Source: Schizochytrium sp. TIO01
Taxonomy: Eukaryota > Protista > Bigyra: Labyrinthulomycetes
DNA length: 64,000 nt
Reading direction: 5' to 3'
Assembly: GCA_004764695.1 (NCBI GenBank)
Contig: SMSO01000007.1
Span: 1,185,270 to 1,249,269 of the forward strand
The notes under the pieces were generated by a model. That model was given only the letters and a program-made list of their open reading frames with translations, searched no databases and was not told where the DNA came from. The translations under genes and the position numbers were made by a program. This document shows, in pieces, positions 43,074 through 55,672 of the stretch (positions are counted from its first letter, which is position 1; the number at the start of each line of letters is the position of its first letter).

Positions 43074-45635
43074 TTACACAGTAGCAAGAGCGGACTTGGC
43101 GTTGTTATCAGAAGATTGAGTGTTTGCAGCATTGTTTTCGGGCTCGAGGTTGCTGCTGCTTCCCTCAAAAGCATCGCCCTCAGTGCTGAAGTCGCTTTCT
43201 CCAGCAGCAGCGCGGTTCTTGTCGCCACCGATGTGGCAGCAAAGGCGGATCCCCATAAAAGTTGGCATGGTGCCGTAGAGCTCAGTGGCAACACGAGCAG
43301 TATCAACCTTGAGCTGCTTGAGATTAGCATCACGAGTGATGAGAATGTAGAGCTCAGTCAAGATGTCAAAGCGGCCGGAGGGGCATCGCACGGGGGCACC
43401 CAGGAGGAAGGCCACGGCGATGGTGACAGCAATACCTACACCCATACCAGCACCGGTGTCATATCCTCCAGTGCCAACAGGAATGGTACCGCAGATGATA
43501 GAGACAATACCAATAGTAGCAGCGTAAGGAGCCTGGGTACGAACATGGGCAGTGAGATCACAGCGAGAGGCCAAGCAGGAAAGCACAGTAGTATCGGAAA
43601 TAGGACTAGCGTGATCACCAAGGACTGAACCAGCCAGCACAGCAGCCATGGTGCCATAGAAGATGTTGAGATCACCTTCGGAGGCAATCCAAGCTGGGCG
43701 TGTGACTAGAGGGAAAACGATAGTCATGACAGACCAACTTGAGCCCATAGCAATAGCCATGAAGGCAGAGATGATGAAAGTGATGGTGGGCAAGTATCCA
43801 ACGTTGAAGTTATTTTCGATTGCACGAGAGAACAGGCGATCACAACCGACATCTGTCATGATGGAACCAATGGTCCATGCAAGAACGAGAACGATAATGG
43901 CCGGGAAGAGGTTGATAATACCACGAATGAAGACCTCGAAAGCCTCGACGGGGCCGAGCAGAGGTTTGGGGAGGTCGTCAGAGAGCTCACTGCTCTGAGA
44001 CGTGTATGCAGATCCCGAGTTCTCCTCTCCGTTTGCGCTGCTGTGGACACGGTCCTCAGCATCATCCTGGTGTTTTTCCAGGTTGGCTTGGTTTTCGACA
44101 ATGCCAATCTTATCGTCGTCCATTGCCTCCTCAGTTGTAGTAGCAGGCTCGGGGTGCTTCTTTTTGCAAGGGTTGAGAAGAGCCCAAAGAGCTTTGGGGG
44201 TCGGTGGGACAATACGTCCATTCTTGGTGAACTGGAAAGCATAAAGGACCATAGAGCATGCAGCCGTGCCTACAGTTCCAATGAGCAAAGCTGTGTATGA
44301 ATCCGAGTTCTGAATAACTGTGAGGAAATCAGCATCGGCGTCAGAAGATTCACGACCCGTAGTCACAAGCAACCAGAATACGAAGAAGATGAGCAAAGCA
44401 ATGGGGATGAGCATGTTGTAAGCACGAATTGGGGTACCCTTGGGGACCTCGATCTCCTGGAGATTGGCAGAAGCACCTTTCATAGCACCGTCACCACCAT
44501 CAGTGCGTCCAGTAACAAAGACCTTGCGCTCGGCGATGAGCATAGGACCGAAATCGCGCTGCATGAGCGCAAGACTGAGCTGGAAGACGATAAGGTAAAC
44601 AGGGTAGTAACGGTAGCTGATGGTTTGCAAGAAGACAGCGTAACCATTGGTAGGGAGGCCTTCGGGTGCGACGCCGCCATTGTCATCGATGATGCGGTCC
44701 AACTCAGTCTGGATCAAAGAAACTTCATAACCGACCCAACTAGAGATGGGAGAGATACTTGCGATAGGAGCACTGGTGGCGTCAGTGATCCATGCAGTCT
44801 TTTCACGGCTGACAAAGTTATCAAGGATAGGCCTCATGGTGTTACCGATGACCAGGGTGTTGGTGTAGTCATCGAAGAAGATGAGGACACCTGAGCAGAG
44901 AGCAATAACCTGGGCCCATCGAGATGTTTTAGCGATCTTGACGAGGATCGTGGTCAATCCATTAGCACCACCAGTGCGCTGCATCATGGCTACGAGGCCC
45001 GAAAGAAAGAGAGAGAAAAGAATGACGAACTGGTGGTCTACATCAGAGACAGAGTTGAGGAGGTATGTGGAAAAGGTGCCACGGAAACCATTGATGAGAT
45101 CACCACTAACCATGCAGGATCCGACAAAGACTCCAAGGACGAGTGCGATTTCGACCTTTTGCAACGCAATAGCAAGCACGAGTACGATGATGAGGGGGAC
45201 AATTGAGGCACCACGATTGATAGCCTGGGCGGAGGCATCCCCAGACGAGGTTACAGAGCTATCGGAAAAGGTACTGTCAAGTGAGACCTCTACAGTAATG
45301 GAGACAGTGCCAGTCTCACCAACGATGACTTCTCCACAGTCAATTTCGGATGGGAGAACGCGAGAGGAGTTGACAGATTCTGTGCCCGAGCTGTAGAATT
45401 CATCGTTAAGGCTAAGTTGCCAGTAGAGTACATCGCCTTGGGAATAGGCAGTGTCGAGTTCGCTCCATTCGAGAACGGCAGTCACTGTGAAGTTTTCCTC
45501 TGCGAAGAGAGTTACATACTCAAGGTCCACTTCGGAGACGCTCGGTGTATAGAGGATCGACTCTGCGCGTGTGCTCGAGACCAAACCGCACGCAATTGTA
45601 AGCAGAGCTGCCAAGCGTTTTGCAGCAGCAAACAT
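43074..45635 (-). CDS. NhaC-family (Na+/H+ antiporter-like) transporter with signal peptide and extracellular N-terminal domain, 853 aa
   Basis: Polytopic membrane protein with IFFDDYTN, SREKTAWITDATSAP, AMGSSWS and GDHASPISDTTVLS motifs typical of the NhaC/IT superfamily. N-terminal signal-like sequence; strong codon bias. Confidence 0.9.
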   Translation of the reverse strand: MFAAAKRLAALLTIACGLVSSTRAESILYTPSVSEVDLEYVTLFAEENFTVTAVLEWSELDTAYSQGDVLYWQLSLNDEFYSSGTESVNSSRVLPSEIDCGEVIVGETGTVSITVEVSLDSTFSDSSVTSSGDASAQAINRGASIVPLIIVLVLAIALQKVEIALVLGVFVGSCMVSGDLINGFRGTFSTYLLNSVSDVDHQFVILFSLFLSGLVAMMQRTGGANGLTTILVKIAKTSRWAQVIALCSGVLIFFDDYTNTLVIGNTMRPILDNFVSREKTAWITDATSAPIASISPISSWVGYEVSLIQTELDRIIDDNGGVAPEGLPTNGYAVFLQTISYRYYPVYLIVFQLSLALMQRDFGPMLIAERKVFVTGRTDGGDGAMKGASANLQEIEVPKGTPIRAYNMLIPIALLIFFVFWLLVTTGRESSDADADFLTVIQNSDSYTALLIGTVGTAACSMVLYAFQFTKNGRIVPPTPKALWALLNPCKKKHPEPATTTEEAMDDDKIGIVENQANLEKHQDDAEDRVHSSANGEENSGSAYTSQSSELSDDLPKPLLGPVEAFEVFIRGIINLFPAIIVLVLAWTIGSIMTDVGCDRLFSRAIENNFNVGYLPTITFIISAFMAIAMGSSWSVMTIVFPLVTRPAWIASEGDLNIFYGTMAAVLAGSVLGDHASPISDTTVLSCLASRCDLTAHVRTQAPYAATIGIVSIICGTIPVGTGGYDTGAGMGVGIAVTIAVAFLLGAPVRCPSGRFDILTELYILITRDANLKQLKVDTARVATELYGTMPTFMGIRLCCHIGGDKNRAAAGESDFSTEGDAFEGSSSNLEPENNAANTQSSDNNAKSALATV

Positions 45636-47136
45636 GGCGGTGAAGGGATTCCTTTTTCTGCTTGCTCAAAGAGCTGGGCCCTGGGGCTCCTTCTTCCTAA
45701 GTTCTCGCCTCGCAGACTTGGTTTTTACAGAGGAGAATGTTCGACTGCGTTGGTGCAGAAGCTATTGATTGCTCTTGCTTTCCGTGTGCTCACAATAGAT
45801 GCCCAATGCAAGCGTCGTGCCGTGGTGCAGAAGAGTGAGTGGCCGCTTTAGGGGTACTTGATAGCTCTTTTCGTGGTTTCGTTTTCGTTCACGAGGTAGA
45901 GTGGAGCAGAAGCTTTGCTTGCTTGCTTGCTTGCTTGCCTGGTGTTTGGTGTTTGGTGTTTGTCAGTTGTTGCTCGCGCAGCTCTGCTGCGAGATACGGT
46001 TTTGCTGCAGGCGATTGCTCGTCGCGAGGCCCGTCTTGGATGAAAACGGAGCGACTGTTTACTTGCTCTCTTGCAAGCAGCAAACTTGCGTTTTGTGGGT
46101 TTGCTTTTTCGTGTTTGGATGACGATTTTGTTGTTACCAAAACTTTAATTCTTTTGAAAAAAGAAAAGAAAAGAAAAGAAAAAGGAAAAGGAAAAGGAAA
46201 AGGAAAACCTTTTTTCATTTCGCATTTCAAGTTAGTGGAAAATAAAAGTTTTCAAACCAGATAAAAAGTTTGCAAAACTTGAATGATTTCCCGAAATCCG
46301 AACGGGACTCAAAGGAGGAGCTCAGGAAGGGAGGCTCCGACGAGGTCAGAGGGTGTCATCCATACACTCTTTCTACTGCTTCTGCTGTCATCAAGGTACC
46401 CGATCGACCAATTCTAAGGTTTGAGTAGAAAGATAGATCCTCAAACGTAGAGCGTACCTAATCATCCAAACCATTGGACTACAAACAGTCACGGTGGTCA
46501 GTGAGGAGGGCATAACATTATTATTATTTCCTATTCTGCTACTTTAAAAAAGAAAAGGAAAAAAAAAGTATAACAAAGTGCCTCGCGAAAGCATATTTTA
46601 TTTAAATAAATGACTTTATTGTTGTTCATGAAATGAAATCACACTAGACGGAGCATTCTATTCCTTTTCCTTTCCTTTGCTTCCTCCGCCGTATTAGTGC
46701 TCCACAGGTCACGCATCGCTTCGCTCTGTCAAGACTTGCAATGCAATGCAATGCAATGCATATGAAATATTGAGAGGGAAGTTTCTATTACCTTCTCAGC
46801 TTTCTTTCGCCAAACTTCCGACCGACATGGAGAAAGAGAGAGCCACTAAAACATTATAATCCCTTCAAAAGTTGTTCAAGATGTATTTATTTAGTTGGTA
46901 AGTTGATAAATAAGTTAATAAATTAATAAACAATATTCATCGCTTCATCGTCATCGTCATCGTCGTTTCGTTTGAATGAAGCGCTGTCTCTTCACTTCCT
47001 TGTCCCATGCTTTAGGTTTTGCTTTCCAGCATCATGAGCGTTTACTCAAAGTCTTTAATCCGTGCCGTCCAAAGTAGAGCGCCCAATCGCCCGAAAAAGC
47101 GGAGTTCTCTGCGCTTAAAGAAAATGGTAAGTTTAC

Positions 47137-47421
47137 TGTTTGTTTGTTTGTTTGTTTGTTTGTTTGTTTGTTTGTTTGTTTGTTTGTTTGTTTGTTTGTT
47201 TGTTTGTTTGTTTGTTTGTTTGTTTGTTTGTTTGTTTGTTTGTTTGTTTGTTTGTTTGTTTGTTTGTTTGTTTGTTTGTTTGTTTGTTTGTTTGTTTGTT
47301 TGTTTGTTTGTTTGTTTGTTTGTTTGTTTGTTTGTTTGTTTGTTTGTTTGTTTGTTTGTTTGTTTGTTTGTTTGTTTGTTTGTTTGTTTGTTTGTTTGTT
47401 TGTTTGTTTGTTTGTTTGTTT
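47137..47421. repeat. (GTTT)n microsatellite, ~285 bp
   Basis: Perfect tetranucleotide run, directly after a GTAAGT donor-like site at 47127. Confidence 0.98.
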
Positions 47422-48122
47422 TATTCCATGTCCTGTCATCTCATCTCTCTCTTTCTCAAAAGAGATATACGGTAAAGCATGAGCTATTTCTCAATGGAAT
47501 GAAGCAAGCGAGAAGACCTTGGAAACCCCGAATCCACGATCACACTCACAAACTTTCCTACAATGCAGTGCGAAAGATGCATTTTGGACGCTGTGATCGA
47601 TTGATTTGATAGAACTTGATCTCTTGAAATCGATCCATCTCTCGTTTTCTTCCTTTCCAAGTCTTCTTTTTGCTTGTCCCATGGTGATCTTAACACTCAC
47701 TCCTCGCATTTAAACTTATTATTCTTATTTTAAATTGAAAAGAGTATTTATTATTTAATTAAAAAACAAAACTGAGATAAACCTGACATACGGAATGGAG
47801 TGCTAAGAACGCAAGACAGAAGAAAAGCATAAATGCAGTGAATGGATGGATGGATGAATGGATGAATGGATGAATGGATGAATGGATGAATGGATGAATG
47901 GATGCGGATGCTTGATTCGCTGATCGATCGACCGATTGACGGACATTGGCGCAGAACGATGCGATTATGCGCATTCCTTCGCTCACGAGCAGCGCTTAGG
48001 ATGCTTCAACAATGGTTCACAGAATGGCGAAGTTCTTTCCCGAAAGACCATCAGACGTAGCACAGTCATGCAGATTACATTGCCGTGAGCCATGTGTTAA
48101 TATTATTACTATTGCATCAAAC

Positions 48123-48123
<1 letters not shown>

Positions 48124-48181
<58 letters not shown>
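48124..48181. repeat. (AAT)n microsatellite
   Basis: Perfect trinucleotide run. Confidence 0.97.
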
Positions 48182-48366
48182 GTAAGCAAGTCTTTCTGTA
48201 AAATAATACATTCCTCTCATAGAATATACGACTTTGGCTTCTTTCTCTCTCTTTTCTTCTTTCGCCGCAAATGCATACCAAAAGTGCCGACTTTTACTTG
48301 CTTGAAAGGCCTCCAATCAGGACCTGTTCTAAAGAGAACACGAGAAAACAAGACAGCTAAAAGGCA

Positions 48367-48675
<309 letters not shown>

Positions 48676-50210
48676 CCTCCTTCGCCGGCAATGGTCATAG
48701 AAGCGGAGTGGGGCGCCGACTGTTAGGCGCAGCCCTACGTGGCGCTACCTGGAACGCTAGCCAGCCAGACCTGATCAAACTCTAGCTAGAGCAAACCAGA
48801 GCAGACTTACGAAGGATCGGATGTCGATAGTGATCGAGTTCGATCGACCAATCTCAATCGAGCGACCTTCGAAGCAATCAATCCAAACCTCTCCTCCGAT
48901 CAAGAACCTTCTTCAGCACTGCTGCCTAAAGTATGCAGTATCCAAGGCAGCCAACGCGCCTCATTCCACAGTTCTCTCTTTCTTTAGGGTGTCCAAAAGA
49001 TCGTCTCCTTTGAAAAAAAAAAACCAAAAAAAAAAAAAACCTTCTTTCCACAGGTTCTTTCACAAAGTAAATCAGACACTTAGTTTGAAACGGTGCCTGT
49101 CGATTAGGTATGAGAAAACAAAAGAGAAAGAAAGAAAGAAAGAAAGAGATCACGAAATCGAGGGGTGGTGCGCCCGCACAGGACCCGTGCATGCATGTTT
49201 ATGGAGACGGTTCTTTCTCTTTTGCGCCTGTAGGATCTGCGTAGCACCTGCTAGGGAGTTGGCGGAGCTTTGGATTTCATCTCTGCTCGCGCCAACTCAA
49301 AAGGAGAAGGAGAAGAAGAATATCTCGAAGTAGAAGAGTGAGAGGAGCGACGGCAGTTCCAGTTGGTCGCACTAAGCGGCGTCCTTCGTGGCAAATGAGG
49401 CAGAACTGCGCTGCCTTTCGCGTCTGCGAGCAGCCGATCGGGCGTCTCCGGCACCTTCCTCAACAATCAAAAGAATAAACGAAATAAATTAAACTAAACT
49501 TAACTTTAAAATAACAATAAAAATGTATTCACACCGAACAATCAAAGTTGAAATCAAGAAACCAACTACCATCATAATAGGTGATGAGGTCTGATAGATG
49601 ATGGCTATCATTGGTCGAGTTTTTGCAGGAAAAGTGCTGCGCTCGGTAAGTAATGCAGGTCCTTCGAGCCATTGATTGATCGATTGACAGACTGACAGAC
49701 TGACAGATTGAGGGGTCCACTCGCCGTTAATGCAATCAGCAGCGGCCATAACATTCGCATCAAACACAGAAATCGAGTGAGAAAGCCTTTCTTTCACCCC
49801 AGCAATCAATTAATTTAATTAATTAATTAATTAATTAATTAATTAATTAATTAATATACATAATTTTATTCCAAGTTTTTCCTTTAAGTTAAGTAAATCT
49901 AATAAATAATAAAAATTGAACTGCTACTACTGCCTAACTACCCTCAGTAGCGGTCCTCCGGAGAGAAAAGGGACCCCTTGGAACGCGAGGCGCACCCTTC
50001 GATTCTTGCGGACTTCTGCGGCGCCTTCCGCGCTCCGAGCAGCCGCTGATTGGCGCCCGAAGGGGAGGGATCAGGCAGATCAGGGTGTCCTCAGGCGTGC
50101 CCTGCGGACCCTGCTGTCGCAGGCACCTTCGGCTTCCTCGCCTCCGCGCGAGCAATCGATCTCCACTCGGCTTCGAGCGTTTTCGTGGATCTTTTTCCCC
50201 TCGTTTTTGC

Positions 50211-50287
50211 TGCGCAACCCAATTTCACGTTTCGCTCCGCCGCTCTAGCGCCTGGGTAGCTGACTGGTATCCAGTGGCTCCTCCCGT

Positions 50288-50335
<48 letters not shown>

Positions 50336-52100
50336 CGAGAGAACGCGGCTTCGAGGCAAAGAACAGCGCCCCATGAGGGAAAAGCGCGCCCTTCAAAGAA
50401 GAAGTTGAAGACAAAGCAGCACAAGCATAGAGAGAAGGCCGAAGAATGCCAAGAGAAGCTTCCTCTTGGAGTATACTGCTTGCTATCAATCACTGTCAAA
50501 CACAACGCCATCCTTCTAACTACATCTCTCAAATAGAAAAACTAAACGACATTTTAAATCAACTTCGAAACAAAATACTTAAACAATGATATAATTAATA
50601 ATTTTAAAATAGCTTAGTGGGAGGAGAGCCGCACCAAAATGGGTTGCGCAGGTTCTGCCGCACCAGCGGACGAACAGATTCGCGTGCGGAAAGCCGCTCG
50701 CGGCTGCTCGCTGACCGCCGAAGTGCTCGCTGGGAGGGCCCTCCGCTTCCCAGCCATGCGCCGGGCGGCCTCTGGCGGCTCTCCGCCTGCTCGCAACCGA
50801 GGGGCCTCAGTCGTCTTTCTCTCCACCTGAGTCACTCAACTCATTATAAATATATATATGTATGCAGAACCTCAACTGCTAAGGCAGTTCCTAGCTCACA
50901 CGCGCGCTAGGAGGCCGGGTAGCGCAAAGGGTAGGAGTCGTCCTGGCAGCTTTTGATGATAGTGCAGAATGAGAATATGAGGAATGACTTCGTTTGCTTT
51001 GAATAAATGCGAAGATGGGAGAGAGAACGAAAGAAGCGGAGTTGACTCCAAGTTCGGACATAAGTAGTTCGTTTGCGATTGCTTCGTTGATTGATTGATT
51101 GGTTGATTGGGTGGTTGGCTGATTAGTTTGAAGTGCTGGGAACATTGACTTGAGGCCCTGACGGTGGAGGGGGCGAGAGATGAGGGAGGTTTTCGAAGAG
51201 CTTTGCTGCGCTCTTCGGTTTCAGTCCTTTCCGTATTGGCTTCTTCTTTTTTCCAATTGAGTTTTTGATTGATCTACATTTAAATTAAAAAGAAAACTCA
51301 CTGATCAACTAAGGAAGGAAGGAAGGAAGTAAGAAGTGGGAGGCGCGCTCCAATCAAATGGGTTGCGCAGTCGCTGGGTTTCGCAAACACTGGTAGCGCC
51401 CTTTGCTAGCTGTTACTCTAGCAGAGGTGGGCAGCGTCACTTTCCAGGCTCAAGGATCTTTTGCATTCGATGAGAATGAATGAGGAATTTATAAGTTATT
51501 GATTGGCAAACGCGAGAAAGTGAGAGATAAGAGAAGAGCTGTCAGAAAGAGACAGCAAAAGAAGGAAAGAAATCGCTTGCCTTCCTTCAGAGATCCGTGT
51601 GAGTTGAACTTGACCTCCTTCTGCATCATCCAATCAGCCCACGGCACCCGACGCAGAGCTTTTCTTGCCACGTCGGAGTCAGTCAGCTTCGAAGGAAACA
51701 ACCAAAGATCGAATCAATCAATCAATCGATCAATCAATCAATCAAAAGAGAGAAAGCTCCGCTTCAAAGTTCAAGATCCCTTGACTCGATCGACTCGACG
51801 GGCTGTTCTTTCGTTCTATCCTCTCAACTTGGAACGAGAAGGCCACGAGGCATTTTTTTTTCTATAGCGCCTCACGTCATGAGAACTAAGGCTTCCTCAT
51901 CATTATCATCATCATCATCATCTTCTTCTTCTTCTTCTTCTTCTTCTTCTTCTTCTGTCAACTTTATTAATTCTAAAATAAAATAAAGTAACTTTTAAAA
52001 TAGATATGGCACTCTTAGAGATCGACCGTCATTTTACACGTTCCCTTTCTCTCTCTCCGTGACAGCTCATTCATAAAGATAGGGCAGAGGACGCCGCAAT

Positions 52101-52134
<34 letters not shown>

Positions 52135-53272
52135 CTCCAGCCATTCGAAGGTTTCGCGATATCTACATTTGGGCAGACAAACAGACAGACAGAGAGGCGA
52201 TGGTGGGCGGCGGCACATGGTTAACGGCGGGATATCTGAATATGGTTCGCGATTAGTGAACTATGATTCACGATTCAGGATTCATGGGCGGCTTCGGCCG
52301 AGATATGAGTCAGACGGTGGCGCTGCAGAGAGTTCTCTCCGAATTTTCAAGAATAAAAATACAATACTAACTCTGGATCGATTGAAAGGAGCGACCTTTT
52401 TCATTTCATTTTAATAACATGTTTCTTTCTTTAGAACAAACAAATAAATAAATAAATAAATAAATAAATAAGAGCGTTTATTCTTGCATTTTTTTTTTTT
52501 TAATTAATAAATTGAAAGTTAAGAGTTTACCTCATTAGGGTTATCTTCTCAGTGCCGTCCTTTCAATGTTAATGAAAAGAATGCGAGCTCGGAGCGTTCA
52601 GTGTCCCTGAAGACCGTCTTTTGTGAGAGCTTTTCATAGACTATTCGAGAGTTTTAAAAGAAAAAAATAAGAATTAAAAACAATTTAAAAACAAGCACGA
52701 GTTGATCGGTATCCTATTTTTGGTCCTCACGTGTCGATGCTCTGCTCTTCTCACGAGGACGTTGAGCCCGTGGGCATTAGCAAAGGGCGGCCGCGCGGCC
52801 CTGGCTGTAAGCTCGCCTTGCCAAGCGACCGCTTCGCAGCAGCCCTTCTGCGGAAAATCCTCAACCAACCGAGCGAGTGAGTGCTGTATTCATTCTTCAA
52901 CCTAAAAGCTGAAGGGACCTGTCGCTTTTATTACTTTATAATACCAACAAATGTAATGTATGCTTATTTATGTTTTCTTTCATTAGAAATATTTAAAGTC
53001 AACCTATTTGAAGCAGTGCCTGAATTTTCATAATTCAAAACAGCAAAAAGCCTGAGTACTCCCAAGGTACCCTAAAATCTAAGGCTTTCTTCAAAGAAAA
53101 AAAAAAAAAGAAAAAGAAAGAAAAAGAAAGAAACAAATAAAGAAATAAACAAACAAACAGACAACGGACCGTCAGAGTCCACATTTTCAGTTCAACGCGC
53201 CTCGTGCCCGCCGCAAAGACAGCCCCTTCGCCTTCGCAAGCCGCCTCCAGCCAGCCGTCCTCTGCCTCTGGC

Positions 53273-53304
<32 letters not shown>

Positions 53305-55582
53305 CGGCCAGGCTGCGAGGCAGCCGCAGGCAGAGCTGAGAACTCTGCGCGTGGCCTCAATATTGACCGCTCTGAAAGCGCGCCGTGAATGCTGAGACAT
53401 GCTGGCTGAGCGCTAGCTGGGCCTAGCGTATCCCCTAGCGAACCTGCCTCGTCGCCGATGAATCGATTTGCCGATCCATCTCTGTAGCATATCGAACTAT
53501 CTATCTATCTATCTATCTATCTATTTCTCTATCTATCTATCTATTTCTCTGTGTTTCGATCGATTCATCGCGTCGTCATCGAAGAACTTGAAGATCGGCG
53601 GGGTTTATGGAATAGGTTTATGGAATAGGCTGGCGAAAGCTTGGCTCTAAGCCCCCCTTGCTGCGGTTCGACTCTCGTGAACTTCTGAAGAACTTGAAGA
53701 TCTTCTTCTGGTGCAAGTTCAGGTTGTTCCGGATGTTCTGTGTGTTTTGGGACGAGGATTTCCAACTGTGCTTAGTTAGAAGAAAGGAAACGAGAAGGAG
53801 AGGAGACAAGGGGAGGCTGTCTTGCATCGGCTGGAACCGAAGGCAAATGCTCGCAGGAGCGGCACTCGCTTGGACCAGGCCGAAGGCTGCAATTTTATGT
53901 AGCTGGCTTGATTGGTCTTGGAGGTGAGTTCAAGAAAGCAAATGATAGGCTACTGCGGCGAGTTGAAAAGGGGGAAACATTTGGACCTTTGCTGATTGAA
54001 AATGTTTCTGCACTCGTGGTACACAAAGCGCGTACACCGAAGAGTGGTCTCTCTCTCTTATTTAGATTGTAGAACCTGTGTTTTATAAATTGCTGTTTCT
54101 CCGGCGGTCAGCGGTTACCACAGAGAAGCGATCGCCAAGAAAGTGGATACTTTGTTTTTAGATTCTTCAGGGCTATGGATGAGCTTCCGATTTGCACCCC
54201 GAAGTAAAATGACCTCAGGTGCTTCTCGATAATCCCTTCATGTTAAATATTTGTTCTTCTGGATTAACAGTACTGCAATTTAGCCATAATCATTTCTTCC
54301 TTTGTTGACTTCCACAACCTAGCCGCTTGCGCTACGTAATACGAGGTCGTTGTCCAAACCTTCGATCTTCATTACTTTTATCTTCACTAATTCCCGTCCA
54401 TTTCTAAACTGCCTTCTACTTCATCGCAGTTCCTTTGATCCCTATCACCGGTCCGACGGACCTCTTACTCTCCGAAGCTGTTCCTCGTTGACCACAATTT
54501 ACAATTTACATTTTACAATTATAAACAAAGCATGAATCAACCAAACCTACCTACCTACCTATTTATCTACCTACCTACAAAACAAATGAGCAGATCCCGA
54601 TCGCTCACCTACTATTTCTGGTATCACAGAGGTCGAAAGGAAGACTCCGGGATCCACCTTACAATTGCAAATTGCAATCCAAAGAATAGGATGAGGTGAG
54701 AACGTACCACGTATCCACTGCTGCAGACTCCGAGCGATCAATATCTTTCAAACTAAAGCTGCTTATTCCCCCCTTCTCGCCATCCAATTCTCGAAACCGC
54801 AGAACCCTTAACCGCAAGCAAGAACCCGGCCAAGAACCAATCAAAGCATCCCGTTGAACTCAGACTCTGCCGAAGAAGAAGAACTCCACAGCCACCACGA
54901 TTGTCATCATCAGCGATAGCAACAACGACAACATGAAGCAGAAACAATGCTCCACCTCCACGTCGCTCATCGGCTCTGTTCCGCAGAATACGGAAGAGTT
55001 CTTGAGGGTGATGGCGAAGCTCACATCCACTTATTCTCTCTCTAACGAAGACTTCGCCTAAAAACTCCTCTGCACTGTTATTTTGTATGCAGTGCGAGCA
55101 GGTCAGAGAGACAGCCAAACCGGCATCGATCCAATCAACGAGACGCGCTTTTCTCAAGCGCTGCAATTGCTCTCTCCAGTTCTTGAGCCCGTCTTGTTCG
55201 ATTCGCGAGCATTTGGTCCATTTCCTGTCGTATCATCATCAGCGTCTCAGCCTTCAAAGAGACAGATTGAAAACCCTTCAATCGCAACTGCAAAACTACG
55301 GTTACGAACCTCGAGAAATCAAAAGAGGACGCGCAGAACACAGAGAACGCGCGCCACTAGGAGTCGCTAACGAAGCCCTAGGAAGGCCACGCGAAGTAGC
55401 GTTCGGCGAGAGACCGCGCGCGAGCTTCCAAAAATGCAGGAAAAGTTCGGTGTGGGATTGGATGAAGGTCGCGAGAGACCGCTGTTCGTCCAGTTCCTGC
55501 TACTATTAAGAGGTAGTAGGTACTTTTACTCGGCCACTTCCAAGTAGCGGAAATTTGTTCTCCACTCGTCTCCAAAGAAAAA

Positions 55583-55672
<90 letters not shown>
